32,000 nt of DNA from Candidatus Heimdallarchaeota archaeon (lineage in GTDB: Archaea > Asgardarchaeota > Heimdallarchaeia > Heimdallarchaeales > Kariarchaeaceae): positions 870,001 through 902,000 of the forward strand of contig JASBSB010000001.1 of assembly GCA_030149205.1 (NCBI GenBank), given 5' to 3'. The position numbers and the translations under genes were made by a program. The notes under the pieces were generated by a model, which was given only the letters and a program-made list of their open reading frames with translations, had not been told where the DNA came from and did not search any database. Below are positions 1 through 8,612 of the stretch, one piece after another. The stretch's first letter is position 1; the number at the start of each line of letters is the position of its first letter.

Positions 1-381
1 CAGTCAAGGAGTAAAAAATGTAAAAGAATAAAGAAGGCAAAATGACTTAAAGGGATTTCAAATAAAACCACAATCTAATCACCATTATCTGAAAATATAA
101 TCGAATTTCTATATCTTGGTGGTTTGGAAAAGCATACAAAATTATCGGATAAATTTAACAAAAACACCCTTGAATTAAATTTTATTTATGACAAATCTCC
201 CTATGTAATTTTATTAAATTATGATATTATCCCATTCAGACTAATTTCAGGTTTAGTAATCACTCAATTAAAATTAGAACAAATCAACATAAGTTGATGC
301 AGGAATTTTATAGGATAATCAGAGCAAATTGAGGATAATTCAGCGATAAAGGTTATGTACCAAATAATTAATGGAAATTAA

Positions 382-1314
382 TTGATTCAGAAGAAGCTAA
401 GAGGGTACCTCTTTGGATCAGCGCTGGGAGATGCAATGGGTAGAGACCTAGAATTTGACTCCTATAAGCAGATTCTAAGGGGATGGGGAAAGGATGGGAT
501 GCTTGAGCCCCCGAAATCCTGTCACTGGACTGATGACACTCAGATGATGCTGGCAATAGCAGATGCAATTATTGAGTCTGACCTTGATGATGATGAGCTG
601 ATACTTGAAAATACAGCAAGATCATTTGTAAACTGGTTGAGAGATCCTGGACACGCACCAGGGGGAACCTGCATCAAAGGTGCAAATAATCTGAAGAGGG
701 GAATCCATTGGTCAGAATCTGGGGTAAAAGAATCTAAGGGGTGTGGGAGTGTGATGAGATCAGGTATCTTAGGATTCTTTTTTGATCCCCCTAGACTAAA
801 CAGTCTCTCCTCCAAGATAGGAAAGATGACACATGGGCATCCAACCGCAGATGCGGCATGCGTTGCTGGCTCACTTATCATCTCGTATGTTAGAGATGGA
901 TTGGAGCTGGATGAATGTTACAGAGAGATCAGAGAACAAACAGAAGGCATCTCAGACAGGTTCACTGAGCTACTTGACCGTTCCTTCTGGTTGGCAACCC
1001 ATGAGAAACCAAGCTATGAAAATCTGATATCGATAGGAAGAGGATGGGTGGCAGAGGAGGCATTCTGTATGTCATATTACTGTGCGTTGCAATATGAAAA
1101 TGATTTCAAGAAGGCAATACGACTTGCAATCAACCATTCAGGAGACTCTGACAGTGTCGGTGCAATTACAGGGGGAATATTAGGTGCACTCGGTGGCTAT
1201 GAGTTTGTCCCACCAGAGTGGGTCAGAAGACTGAGGGAGAAGAAAAAATTGGAACAGTACTTTCAAAGGCTAAAGATAAAAATAAAGGATAGAACCCCTA
1301 AGAACAGAAATTAA
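382..1314 (+). CDS. ADP-ribosylglycohydrolase (DraG/ARH family)
   Basis: Family motifs GSALGDAMG, WTDDTQM, GCGSVMR, THGHP and GDSDSVGAITG; TTG start at 382. Confidence 0.93.
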   Translation: MIQKKLRGYLFGSALGDAMGRDLEFDSYKQILRGWGKDGMLEPPKSCHWTDDTQMMLAIADAIIESDLDDDELILENTARSFVNWLRDPGHAPGGTCIKGANNLKRGIHWSESGVKESKGCGSVMRSGILGFFFDPPRLNSLSSKIGKMTHGHPTADAACVAGSLIISYVRDGLELDECYREIREQTEGISDRFTELLDRSFWLATHEKPSYENLISIGRGWVAEEAFCMSYYCALQYENDFKKAIRLAINHSGDSDSVGAITGGILGALGGYEFVPPEWVRRLREKKKLEQYFQRLKIKIKDRTPKNRN

Positions 1315-1516
1315 AATCTGGGAGTTAAAAGGGAGATGATCATCAGATTATAAATAAAAGGGAAGATCAATGAATATCCAGCATATAGAGGACAGATCTG
1401 AAAGCTGCTTAGCAAAGGTATGTAGGTTGGAATATCAAGTATTAAACTAAAGATATTTTAGAGGATAGAGCTTGTAAAAAAATTATAACAAATTACTATT
1501 CAATTTGGGTTTATTG

Positions 1517-1642
1517 TTAATGTTTCTCATTTTTGTCTGCTGCGCTCTGTGAACGTGATTTAAATTCTTCGTTCTTCCCTGTCTTGTCAGCATGACTTTG
1601 TATTCTTGATGCGGATTTTTTATTCATCTTGTCTTTTGCCAT
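1517..1642 (-). CDS. 41-aa hydrophilic peptide MAKDKMNKKSASRIQSHADKTGKNEEFKSRSQSAADKNEKH (copy 1; not in ORF track)
   Basis: Hand translation of the minus strand: ATG at 1642, TAA at 1519-1517. SD GAGGGGGTGA ends 4 nt upstream; TATA box at 1681-1688. Identical at 26 of 37 aligned positions to the peptide at 9620-9739. Confidence 0.88.
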   Translation of the reverse strand: MAKDKMNKKSASRIQSHADKTGKNEEFKSRSQSAADKNEKH

Positions 1643-1646
1643 TTTG

Positions 1647-1688
1647 TCACCCCCTCAATTGGTTGTTGTTTTCACGCAAGTATATAAA
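1647..1688 (-). promoter_or_regulatory. Archaeal TATA box and SD for peptide copy 1
   Basis: Minus strand reads TTTATATAC, about 25 nt, then GAGGGGGTGA-CAAA-ATG. Confidence 0.65.
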
Positions 1689-1765
1689 TATTGATTTTAT
1701 TGATTTTTACTCCTGAAAGTTTATTGTAGTGATGTTAAAGACCTTCATTTCAATATTAGGAACTA

Positions 1766-1815
1766 AACCACTGCCATGGAATTTAGTGGTTAATGTTAGG
1801 AATGCTTACCCTAAC
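1766..1815. other. Two adjacent short inverted repeats (possible terminator or processing structure)
   Basis: AACCACT(1766-1772)/AGTGGTT(1785-1791) and GTTAGG(1795-1800)/CCTAAC(1810-1815), lying between the operon end and the peptide-1 promoter. Confidence 0.3.
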
Positions 1816-1873
1816 CTGAAAATCACGGTACTTTTTAGATGGTGTATTAAATTATTATTAGTTAGTTTGTAAG

Positions 1874-3991
1874 TTACCCACCCACTCTATGAATACTCCA
1901 TCCTTCAAACTTCTGTTCATTTATGATTCTTCTTCCGTCCAGAATCAAATGCTTTGCTGTGTTAGATATCTGCATAGGTTCAAGCATCCGAAATTCTTCC
2001 CATTCCGTAGCTAAAATTATAGCATCTGATTCTTCCGTTGCCAATAAGACTGAACTGTGTAGTTGAAGATTGCTGTTATAAAAGCCCTGTATTTGATCAC
2101 TTCGTGATGGATCATATCCCTTTACAGTTGCCCCTAAACGAAGCAAAGTGTCTACTATGACTATGGATGGAGCATTCCGAACATCATCTGTATTTGGTTT
2201 AAAAGTTAATCCTAAGACAGTGATCACCTTCCCTTGCAAGTTCTTGTAAATTGATTGAAGTTTTTTCACTGGCCAGAGTTGTTGAGACTCATTAGTTTTT
2301 AGTGTTGCAGGAAGAATTTCAGGATGTAAATTCTCAGCATGAAAGGTAGAGACAAGAGAGGAGAGGTCTTTTTTAAAACATGACCCTCCAAAACCTATTC
2401 CAGGGTTCAAAAATCTTGGGTTGATCCTGTGATCTGAAGTTAGACCTGTTTTAATCCTGTCAAATGAGATATCTGTCTTTTCAGACAACCCTTCTGTTAA
2501 TAAGGCAACCTCATTGATAAATGAGACCTTGCTAGCTAGAAAAGCATTCGAAACATATTTTGTGAGTTCAGCATCTGTGATGCCCATTTCAATTATTTTA
2601 GAACCAAGTGATTCATATAATTCAACACAAATTTTTCGTGATTCCAAATCTTCTGTTCCAAATACCATTCGATCTGGATAAAAGAAATCCTTTAATGCAG
2701 TTCCCTCACTTAAAAACTCTGGAACCATTGCAAACCCAAAATCAGTTTTATGTGACTTTCCGGTTGACTTTTCGATCTGAGGAATTAAGAAAGAATTACA
2801 AGTTAAGGGTGGGACAGTACTTCTAACAACTATAGTCACTCGTTTTTCGGATGAAGAGATAATAGAACTAACAAGGGACCCAGCACCTCCAAGCTGTGAA
2901 AGGTCAGTAGAACCATCGTTCGCAGATGGAGTACCCACACAGATAAGCATCACATCAGGAGTAATGTTTGAAAGTTCCGCAGGATCTATAGACTCAGGAT
3001 ATCTTCCCTCTAAATCTAAAAAATCCATTAATTCGGGGAGACCTGGTTCGAGAAAAATGGGGTTGCGTTCGCGAGTTTGTAGAATTTTGTGTTGATCCAC
3101 ATCTGTAAATATTATGTTATGACCTAGCAAAGCCAGTCCAAAACCCGAGATTAATCCCATATATCCCATTCCGACAACTAAGACATCTAGTGAGTCTTTA
3201 CATTTCTGAGATAATTGGATAAATCGTCTTTGCAGCGCTGTATTCTTTAATTTTAAAGTTCTATGTTTGATAATTTCTTCAAATGGTTGAAGCTCTCTGC
3301 CTAGTATATGTTGCATTAAAGCATATATGGAATTGATCCTATTTTGCTCATTTAAGCCATTTATTTTAAATTTAAATTGCCTTAGTTTCTGTTTTATTTT
3401 GGGGTCAATTAATGAATCGTAGGCATTAAGAGGAAGATAATCCCTGTTCAACGTGGACTGAGAGAGAGTCAACAAATGCTTATGCGTCAAGAAGAGGTGA
3501 AATTCGGCGGAGTAATAATCAGAGTTCATCAAATCATTCAAAACAAGAAGAAAACATTCTATTGACCTGTTAGAATGATATGTATATTTCGTATTAGAGA
3601 CATTATTGAAGAATTTGAATTTCTCTTTTAATTCAGCCTGAAGATCTCCAGTGGCATCATAAAGGATCATTTTATTGATATCCGTTTTATTAATTGTTTC
3701 CTCTAAGAGATGAAAATGTGTAGAAATTGAGCTGGTAAAGTGGACATCATAATCAAGGGTATCATTTGACACTAAGATAAGTTTATCTTCATATTCTATT
3801 GCTTCATAACCACATAAACTTTCGATTATCTTTGATTTGATAGATTTGAAATCCCTGAAACTTGAAATCACAATTACATCGATGTCATGTGGTTCAGAGT
3901 TTATCTTTGTTTCATAGAGTGAAGAACCAAATTGTAAAATACCTGAAACTTCAGGTATTCCCTTTAAGACAGATACGATTGCATTATCCAC
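1874..3991 (-). CDS. ugd: Fusion: N-terminal Pol-beta-superfamily nucleotidyltransferase + C-terminal UDP-glucose 6-dehydrogenase
   Basis: N-terminal part: FGS-x12-DID (QFGSSLYETKINSEPHDIDVIV), then ILYDATG and a helical region. C-terminal part: Rossmann motif VVGMGYMG, ICVGTP, RSTVPP, PEFLSEG, catalytic GFGGSCFKKD, GLTFKPNTDDVRNAP. Confidence 0.9.
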   Translation of the reverse strand: MDNAIVSVLKGIPEVSGILQFGSSLYETKINSEPHDIDVIVISSFRDFKSIKSKIIESLCGYEAIEYEDKLILVSNDTLDYDVHFTSSISTHFHLLEETINKTDINKMILYDATGDLQAELKEKFKFFNNVSNTKYTYHSNRSIECFLLVLNDLMNSDYYSAEFHLFLTHKHLLTLSQSTLNRDYLPLNAYDSLIDPKIKQKLRQFKFKINGLNEQNRINSIYALMQHILGRELQPFEEIIKHRTLKLKNTALQRRFIQLSQKCKDSLDVLVVGMGYMGLISGFGLALLGHNIIFTDVDQHKILQTRERNPIFLEPGLPELMDFLDLEGRYPESIDPAELSNITPDVMLICVGTPSANDGSTDLSQLGGAGSLVSSIISSSEKRVTIVVRSTVPPLTCNSFLIPQIEKSTGKSHKTDFGFAMVPEFLSEGTALKDFFYPDRMVFGTEDLESRKICVELYESLGSKIIEMGITDAELTKYVSNAFLASKVSFINEVALLTEGLSEKTDISFDRIKTGLTSDHRINPRFLNPGIGFGGSCFKKDLSSLVSTFHAENLHPEILPATLKTNESQQLWPVKKLQSIYKNLQGKVITVLGLTFKPNTDDVRNAPSIVIVDTLLRLGATVKGYDPSRSDQIQGFYNSNLQLHSSVLLATEESDAIILATEWEEFRMLEPMQISNTAKHLILDGRRIINEQKFEGWSIHRVGG

Positions 3992-4472
3992 CTACCAGTT
4001 CCTCCATTTGATTGCTTGACATTTCAAATTCAACCTCTCCATCAAATATCAAATTTGGGTTCCAGAAGTTGGAATTAATTAATTTGCGTAACTCATCATC
4101 CAACCAAATTATTGTTTCATTTATATTAGACTTCCAAGGATAGGGGGTCAATGGTTGAACTGCATTGACCCTTTTTAGGCAGGTGTTTACAGATGTTGAG
4201 ACAAAAATAACTTTGAAGGCAGATTTTGAAAGTGCCTGTTTAACTGCATGTCGGTGTACCCCAGCACCGCTAAATTCTAAAACCATGTCTAAGCTGTTTT
4301 CACATGCCTCTAGGAATTTTGACCATGCTAAGTACTCACCTGCAAAAGACCCGTCACTGTATTCAATGCGTAGCTTATCTATTTGCACAGTTTTAAAGCC
4401 CAACATCTCTTGTAACACCTCCATTATTGTCGATTTACCAGAGCCTATGTTTCCAATTATTAGAACCTTCAT
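3984..4472 (-). CDS. Small P-loop kinase (NMP/polynucleotide/gluconate-kinase-like)
   Basis: Walker A GNIGSGKST at the N-terminus, IDKLR (DxxR) motif, CLKRV lid; overlaps the next gene by 8 bp. Confidence 0.8.
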   Translation of the reverse strand: MKVLIIGNIGSGKSTIMEVLQEMLGFKTVQIDKLRIEYSDGSFAGEYLAWSKFLEACENSLDMVLEFSGAGVHRHAVKQALSKSAFKVIFVSTSVNTCLKRVNAVQPLTPYPWKSNINETIIWLDDELRKLINSNFWNPNLIFDGEVEFEMSSNQMEELVGG

Positions 4473-4473
4473 C

Positions 4474-5496
4474 TCAGTTATTCCTCACACATTCTAAAAT
4501 TTTTATCTCATTATTCAAACTATAAGTCTCGGAAATTCTAAGATCAGTTGAGTTAATGAGTCTTAAATACTCAGCATAGGTTCTCTCCTTACCCCCAACC
4601 AACACCAACTGATTAAGTTGAAGGAAAGGATTGTATCGATTATCATCACTCAACCGCTCTATAATAAGGAGTTTCCCCTCTGGGTTGAGAGAATCTAAAC
4701 AGTTTTTCAAGATGTTTTGTGCCTTTTCATCTTCCCAATCATGTAACACCCTTGCAAGAATAATAATATCACTTTTTGGTATATGATCTTCAAAGAATGA
4801 GCCTGAGACATATTCCAATCCGGAATGATAATTCAATTCTTGTGAAATTTTAATCGTTAGTGGCAGATCAAACAAAACTAACCGATTATTTTTGTTGGAG
4901 CAATGAATAAGTTGAAGCAATCCCCCAAAACCTCCTCCCACATCTGTTATGATTGAATTTTCAGAAAAATTATAGACAGAATTAATATTATAGTAATCTA
5001 GTATTGCATATATATGTAGAGCCGAATAATATACCTTTAATTTTTCGGGTTTTGATTGATACCATTCAAACAGGGAAATACCATAAAGTGAAGAAAATTG
5101 CTCCTTTCCACTTTCAATAGCATCTTTTAAGGATCGCCACACTAAATTTTGTTCATCTCTCCAAAAAAGCAGGATATTAATTGGATTAAGTACATCATTA
5201 CTGACAAACAGTTTTCCAAGTTCTGTTAAAGCAACTTCTTGATCAATTAAAGATACAATTCCTAATTGATCCAACGCTTCAGTTAGTATTTTAGTTGAAT
5301 CTAGACCAGAGTTAATTTTTCCTGATAATTCGGTTATAGTTAACGATTTTGAAACTTCTAATTGCTGAAATAGACCAAGCTCCCAAGAACAAATAATGGT
5401 TTCAGTTTGCCAATACACTGTAGAAATAGTAGAAAATTGGTTAAGTCTGGTTGAAAATTTTGTGAGTACACTTAACACTGATGATGTAGACAACAT
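4474..5496 (-). CDS. SAM-dependent O-methyltransferase (Methyltransf_2/COMT-like, with N-terminal dimerisation wHTH)
   Basis: DVGGGFG SAM-binding motif, GSFF, ARVLHDWEDEKA, GGKERT; N-terminal LGLFQQL...LTITELS helix-turn-helix. Confidence 0.9.
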   Translation of the reverse strand: MLSTSSVLSVLTKFSTRLNQFSTISTVYWQTETIICSWELGLFQQLEVSKSLTITELSGKINSGLDSTKILTEALDQLGIVSLIDQEVALTELGKLFVSNDVLNPINILLFWRDEQNLVWRSLKDAIESGKEQFSSLYGISLFEWYQSKPEKLKVYYSALHIYAILDYYNINSVYNFSENSIITDVGGGFGGLLQLIHCSNKNNRLVLFDLPLTIKISQELNYHSGLEYVSGSFFEDHIPKSDIIILARVLHDWEDEKAQNILKNCLDSLNPEGKLLIIERLSDDNRYNPFLQLNQLVLVGGKERTYAEYLRLINSTDLRISETYSLNNEIKILECVRNN

Positions 5497-6225
5497 TTAA
5501 ACCCCCACACAGTCAAGTACCATGATTGTCGAACCTGTTTCATCAATTATTTTCTTTTTACCCTCTTTGGTTTCAACTAATGCCTGTCCATTATAAAATG
5601 GCTCTACCCAATTAAATCTTTGTTCATAAATTGAAGAACCTGATATATCCGAGTGGAACCACCCCTGTTGATCCTTACACCTGGCAAAACCTTTGTGAAA
5701 TACATCTAAATCTAAAAAACTCTTGTTGTTCAAAAAGTTACCATGAGTGTCAATATGCTTACAACGACCAGATGGTAACCTTACAACCGCATAATCATCC
5801 TTAAAATCACCCACATAACAATAGTTTGATTCATAAACCCTCTCACCTTTTAAGTTAATGTGGAAATACCTGTTGGCATTATCCCTCACAACACACCTTT
5901 GATATTGATAATTCCCACAGAAACTATATCTCTGAGGGTACAACGGTTTTCCATCTGATAAAATATGATACCACCCCATATCAGAGCTAACAGCAGCTCT
6001 TTCTTCATAATAACCAAAAGTTCTTAAAAATCTCTCTTTATAAGCAGGTGAACCATCCATATTGATATGATATGCACCCGAAGAATCTACAACAGGTGCA
6101 AGCCCAGGATGGTGAAATTTTAGAACCTCTTTGAACCTTTGTGAATACAATGGGTTATTCTTATAGATGTGATAGGTTTTATCCTTGGATACAGTTGTGT
6201 CATTCCACCTAGGCATGAATATCAC
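5497..6225 (-). CDS. WG-repeat-like beta-propeller protein
   Basis: Six to seven repeats of about 35 aa, pattern F/Y-xxx-AxV-...-(Y/F)HI-xxxG-xxxY-xxxF/Y; its stop codon abuts the methyltransferase ATG. Confidence 0.8.
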   Translation of the reverse strand: MIFMPRWNDTTVSKDKTYHIYKNNPLYSQRFKEVLKFHHPGLAPVVDSSGAYHINMDGSPAYKERFLRTFGYYEERAAVSSDMGWYHILSDGKPLYPQRYSFCGNYQYQRCVVRDNANRYFHINLKGERVYESNYCYVGDFKDDYAVVRLPSGRCKHIDTHGNFLNNKSFLDLDVFHKGFARCKDQQGWFHSDISGSSIYEQRFNWVEPFYNGQALVETKEGKKKIIDETGSTIMVLDCVGV

Positions 6226-7258
6226 CTTCAGGACGTCTCATATTACAACCTTTACAGAGAGGATGATCCAAATAATTTTCAACTAGATCTTTGTAATTAT
6301 CTCCTTCCCAGATTTCTGAGAAGCTGGCTTCATTTAAGTTACCAAAAAAACCCAATTCTTTTCTCTGCTCATCTGGGGCACAACATGGATTAAATCGTCC
6401 ATCCCAAGCAACCCAAGCCTCCCTTCCTAGAAAGGGACAAACTGAATCCTTCATTAGCTCCACACTTGATGTAGCAGGATTTAACAAGTATATATTGTCC
6501 AGTTTAACCCTTGAACCATCTGGTCTGCGGTATTTCTCTACATTTTTCTGTATTTCCTTTACAATTTTATTCCATTTATCAATAGATTCAGAACTTCTTC
6601 TCATCGATTGATCCTTTATTTCATCAAAGTGAGCCCAAAGATGATGTCCTTTAATTCTATCAATTCCAAGTTTAGCTGCAAATTTCACAAGTTCGGGTAG
6701 CTCCTGTGAATTTATCTCCATAAATGTATATTGTAGTGTCACAGAGCAGTAGTTACCACCCTCTCTGTAAATTTGATCTCGAATATTTAGAAATTCCTTG
6801 AGGTTTTTTATATTCTGATCAAAATCAATACCTTTCATTACCTGTTCTGAAGTCTCTTTAGTTACACCATTCCAAGATATTTTCACATCACTCCCAATAG
6901 GAACTATCATTTCAGCCCATTTTTTCGCTCCATTTCTTGGAAAGGTGCCATTTGTTGTTAGATTCAACATTACTTGATAGCTTTCACATAATGAGATGAT
7001 TTTCTCAAATTCTTTGTACATAAGTGGTTCTCCCATAGTTGAGGGAATAATCTCCTTAACTGAACCATAAGCCTTTACCTCTTCTAAGGTCTTTTCAATA
7101 AGGTCAACTGACATCCTTCTGCGTTTGACTCCATTTGGTAAAACACGCAATTCCTTGATGGAGCTAAACTCACTAAACTCCTCACACATTATACAGTGAA
7201 GATTGCAATCATCTGGATTTGTATCAAAAGTGATACGCCAAGGTCCTTTATTTTTCAT
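6209..7258 (-). CDS. Radical SAM enzyme with C-terminal SPASM/twitch domain
   Basis: CNLHCIMC (CxxxCxxC), GEPL, LTTNGT; C-terminal CPF...DGRFNPCC...GNL...EIW...CKGC. Confidence 0.93.
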   Translation of the reverse strand: MKNKGPWRITFDTNPDDCNLHCIMCEEFSEFSSIKELRVLPNGVKRRRMSVDLIEKTLEEVKAYGSVKEIIPSTMGEPLMYKEFEKIISLCESYQVMLNLTTNGTFPRNGAKKWAEMIVPIGSDVKISWNGVTKETSEQVMKGIDFDQNIKNLKEFLNIRDQIYREGGNYCSVTLQYTFMEINSQELPELVKFAAKLGIDRIKGHHLWAHFDEIKDQSMRRSSESIDKWNKIVKEIQKNVEKYRRPDGSRVKLDNIYLLNPATSSVELMKDSVCPFLGREAWVAWDGRFNPCCAPDEQRKELGFFGNLNEASFSEIWEGDNYKDLVENYLDHPLCKGCNMRRPEGDIHA

Positions 7259-8552
7259 TTGATTTACCTTCCATTATATTTTTGTAAATTTCAAGTAGTT
7301 CTTGGACATGGTCTTCAATAGAGACCACATCTCCCTCTGAATATAGATATCCTCGCATCCCCCACTTCTTTAGTAAGGCTGGATGATCGATTGCGAACTG
7401 CATTTGTTCTGCAAGAGATTTGACATTACGATGCTTAAACAACAGTCCATTCTCCTTGTGCTTTACATAATCTGCCATCCCACCTACATTCGCAGTAATT
7501 ACAGGAACTCTCACTTGTTGTGCTTCATGAATTACCAAAGGTGAGTTTTCTAACCAGATTGAAGGCACAACTAAACAATCAATGTGATTAAACACCTCAG
7601 ACACGATTTCTTCATTAATATATTCCTCTCTCCATTCTATGTGAAGGTGGGTAGGTGCTTTATTAGCTAATTCTTTCAAAAAAGGTGTGACTTCTCCACG
7701 GGATCTTCCCCAAATTACTAATCTGGCTTTTGAGGAAAGCTGAGAAAATGACTCTATTAAGTGATGAATTCCTTTCGTAACTATGTGAGTCCCAATATAT
7801 CCAAAGGTAAACTGTCCCTCACGTTTGACTCTACCTTGTAACCTTCCTAAATCAAACCCATAATCTAAATACTTAATTTGTTCATCTGCTAAACCCAAGG
7901 CTTGCTTCATCCGTTCAAGCAATGAAAATGAAGGGGCGATAAAGAGGTTAACATTCTCCACCAATCTGCTTATGTGCTTTCGTCTTAGTTTAACCCAGTT
8001 GGTCCAGTATGCTATATCATCTGTTATTGAATCTGATTCTCCTGAGGCAAACCTCATAAAACAATGAATTGCACACTTTTTGTCTTCTTGCCCATCACAT
8101 AGTGACCATGATGGTTCCAGCCCAAAATTATTTTGAATAAATTGTCCTCTAGGGCAAGACAACCAAAAATCATGGAGTGTAAACACTATAGGTAAATTAT
8201 AGCTAGCTGCAACATCAATTATCCCTAACGAGAGATGGTTGAGATGATTGAAATGCACAACATCTGGTGAGAATTCAGAGATTATTGTGTTGAACCTTTC
8301 ATCTACTTTGTCTGTCTGAAATCGGTTTTGAAGATTTACAACATTTATCAATTTTACTGGAAAACTGCTTTTCTGACTCTGATCTTGCTCATTGACAATT
8401 TCAAATTGATTGATGAAAGGGTTCTCCAACCTTGAGAAAATCATCACTTCATGTCCTAAATCTGATAACCCCCTTGCGATGTTCTGTGTATAAATTTCTG
8501 ATCCCGCATTATACCGCATTGGATATCCATGGTTCACAAGTAAAACTTTCAA
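7248..8552 (-). CDS. Glycosyltransferase family 4 (GT-B) with Cys-rich insertion
   Basis: MKVLLVNHGYP...GSEIY, DVVHFNHL, TLHDFWLSCP, KGIHHLIESF, VVPSIWLENSPLVIHEA, NVGGMADYV; TTG start with SD GGGGGA. Confidence 0.92.
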   Translation of the reverse strand: MKVLLVNHGYPMRYNAGSEIYTQNIARGLSDLGHEVMIFSRLENPFINQFEIVNEQDQSQKSSFPVKLINVVNLQNRFQTDKVDERFNTIISEFSPDVVHFNHLNHLSLGIIDVAASYNLPIVFTLHDFWLSCPRGQFIQNNFGLEPSWSLCDGQEDKKCAIHCFMRFASGESDSITDDIAYWTNWVKLRRKHISRLVENVNLFIAPSFSLLERMKQALGLADEQIKYLDYGFDLGRLQGRVKREGQFTFGYIGTHIVTKGIHHLIESFSQLSSKARLVIWGRSRGEVTPFLKELANKAPTHLHIEWREEYINEEIVSEVFNHIDCLVVPSIWLENSPLVIHEAQQVRVPVITANVGGMADYVKHKENGLLFKHRNVKSLAEQMQFAIDHPALLKKWGMRGYLYSEGDVVSIEDHVQELLEIYKNIMEGKSNEK

Positions 8553-8612
8553 TGAGTTCCCCCAAAATTTGGTAAGGTAAACCTTTTACATCATTATTTG
8601 AACGTTTAGTTT

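Noticed and set aside
79-297. Open frame SPLSENIIEFLYLGGLEKH...EQINIS
   Set aside because: No ATG or SD, and preceded by a stop; possibly a remnant but cannot be assigned.
1336-1490. SD-led ATG after the ARH gene
   Set aside because: The frame stops after 5 codons and contains several more stops; at most a heavily decayed remnant.
382-1642. ARH as the eraser for the peptide-modification operon
   Set aside because: Convergent orientation, different composition and no ADP-ribosyltransferase in the operon; adjacency alone is insufficient.
6209-7258. Radical SAM as a prokaryotic viperin
   Set aside because: It has a C-terminal SPASM/twitch cysteine cluster and STMGEPL rather than the viperin-like SGGEP context; viperins lack SPASM.
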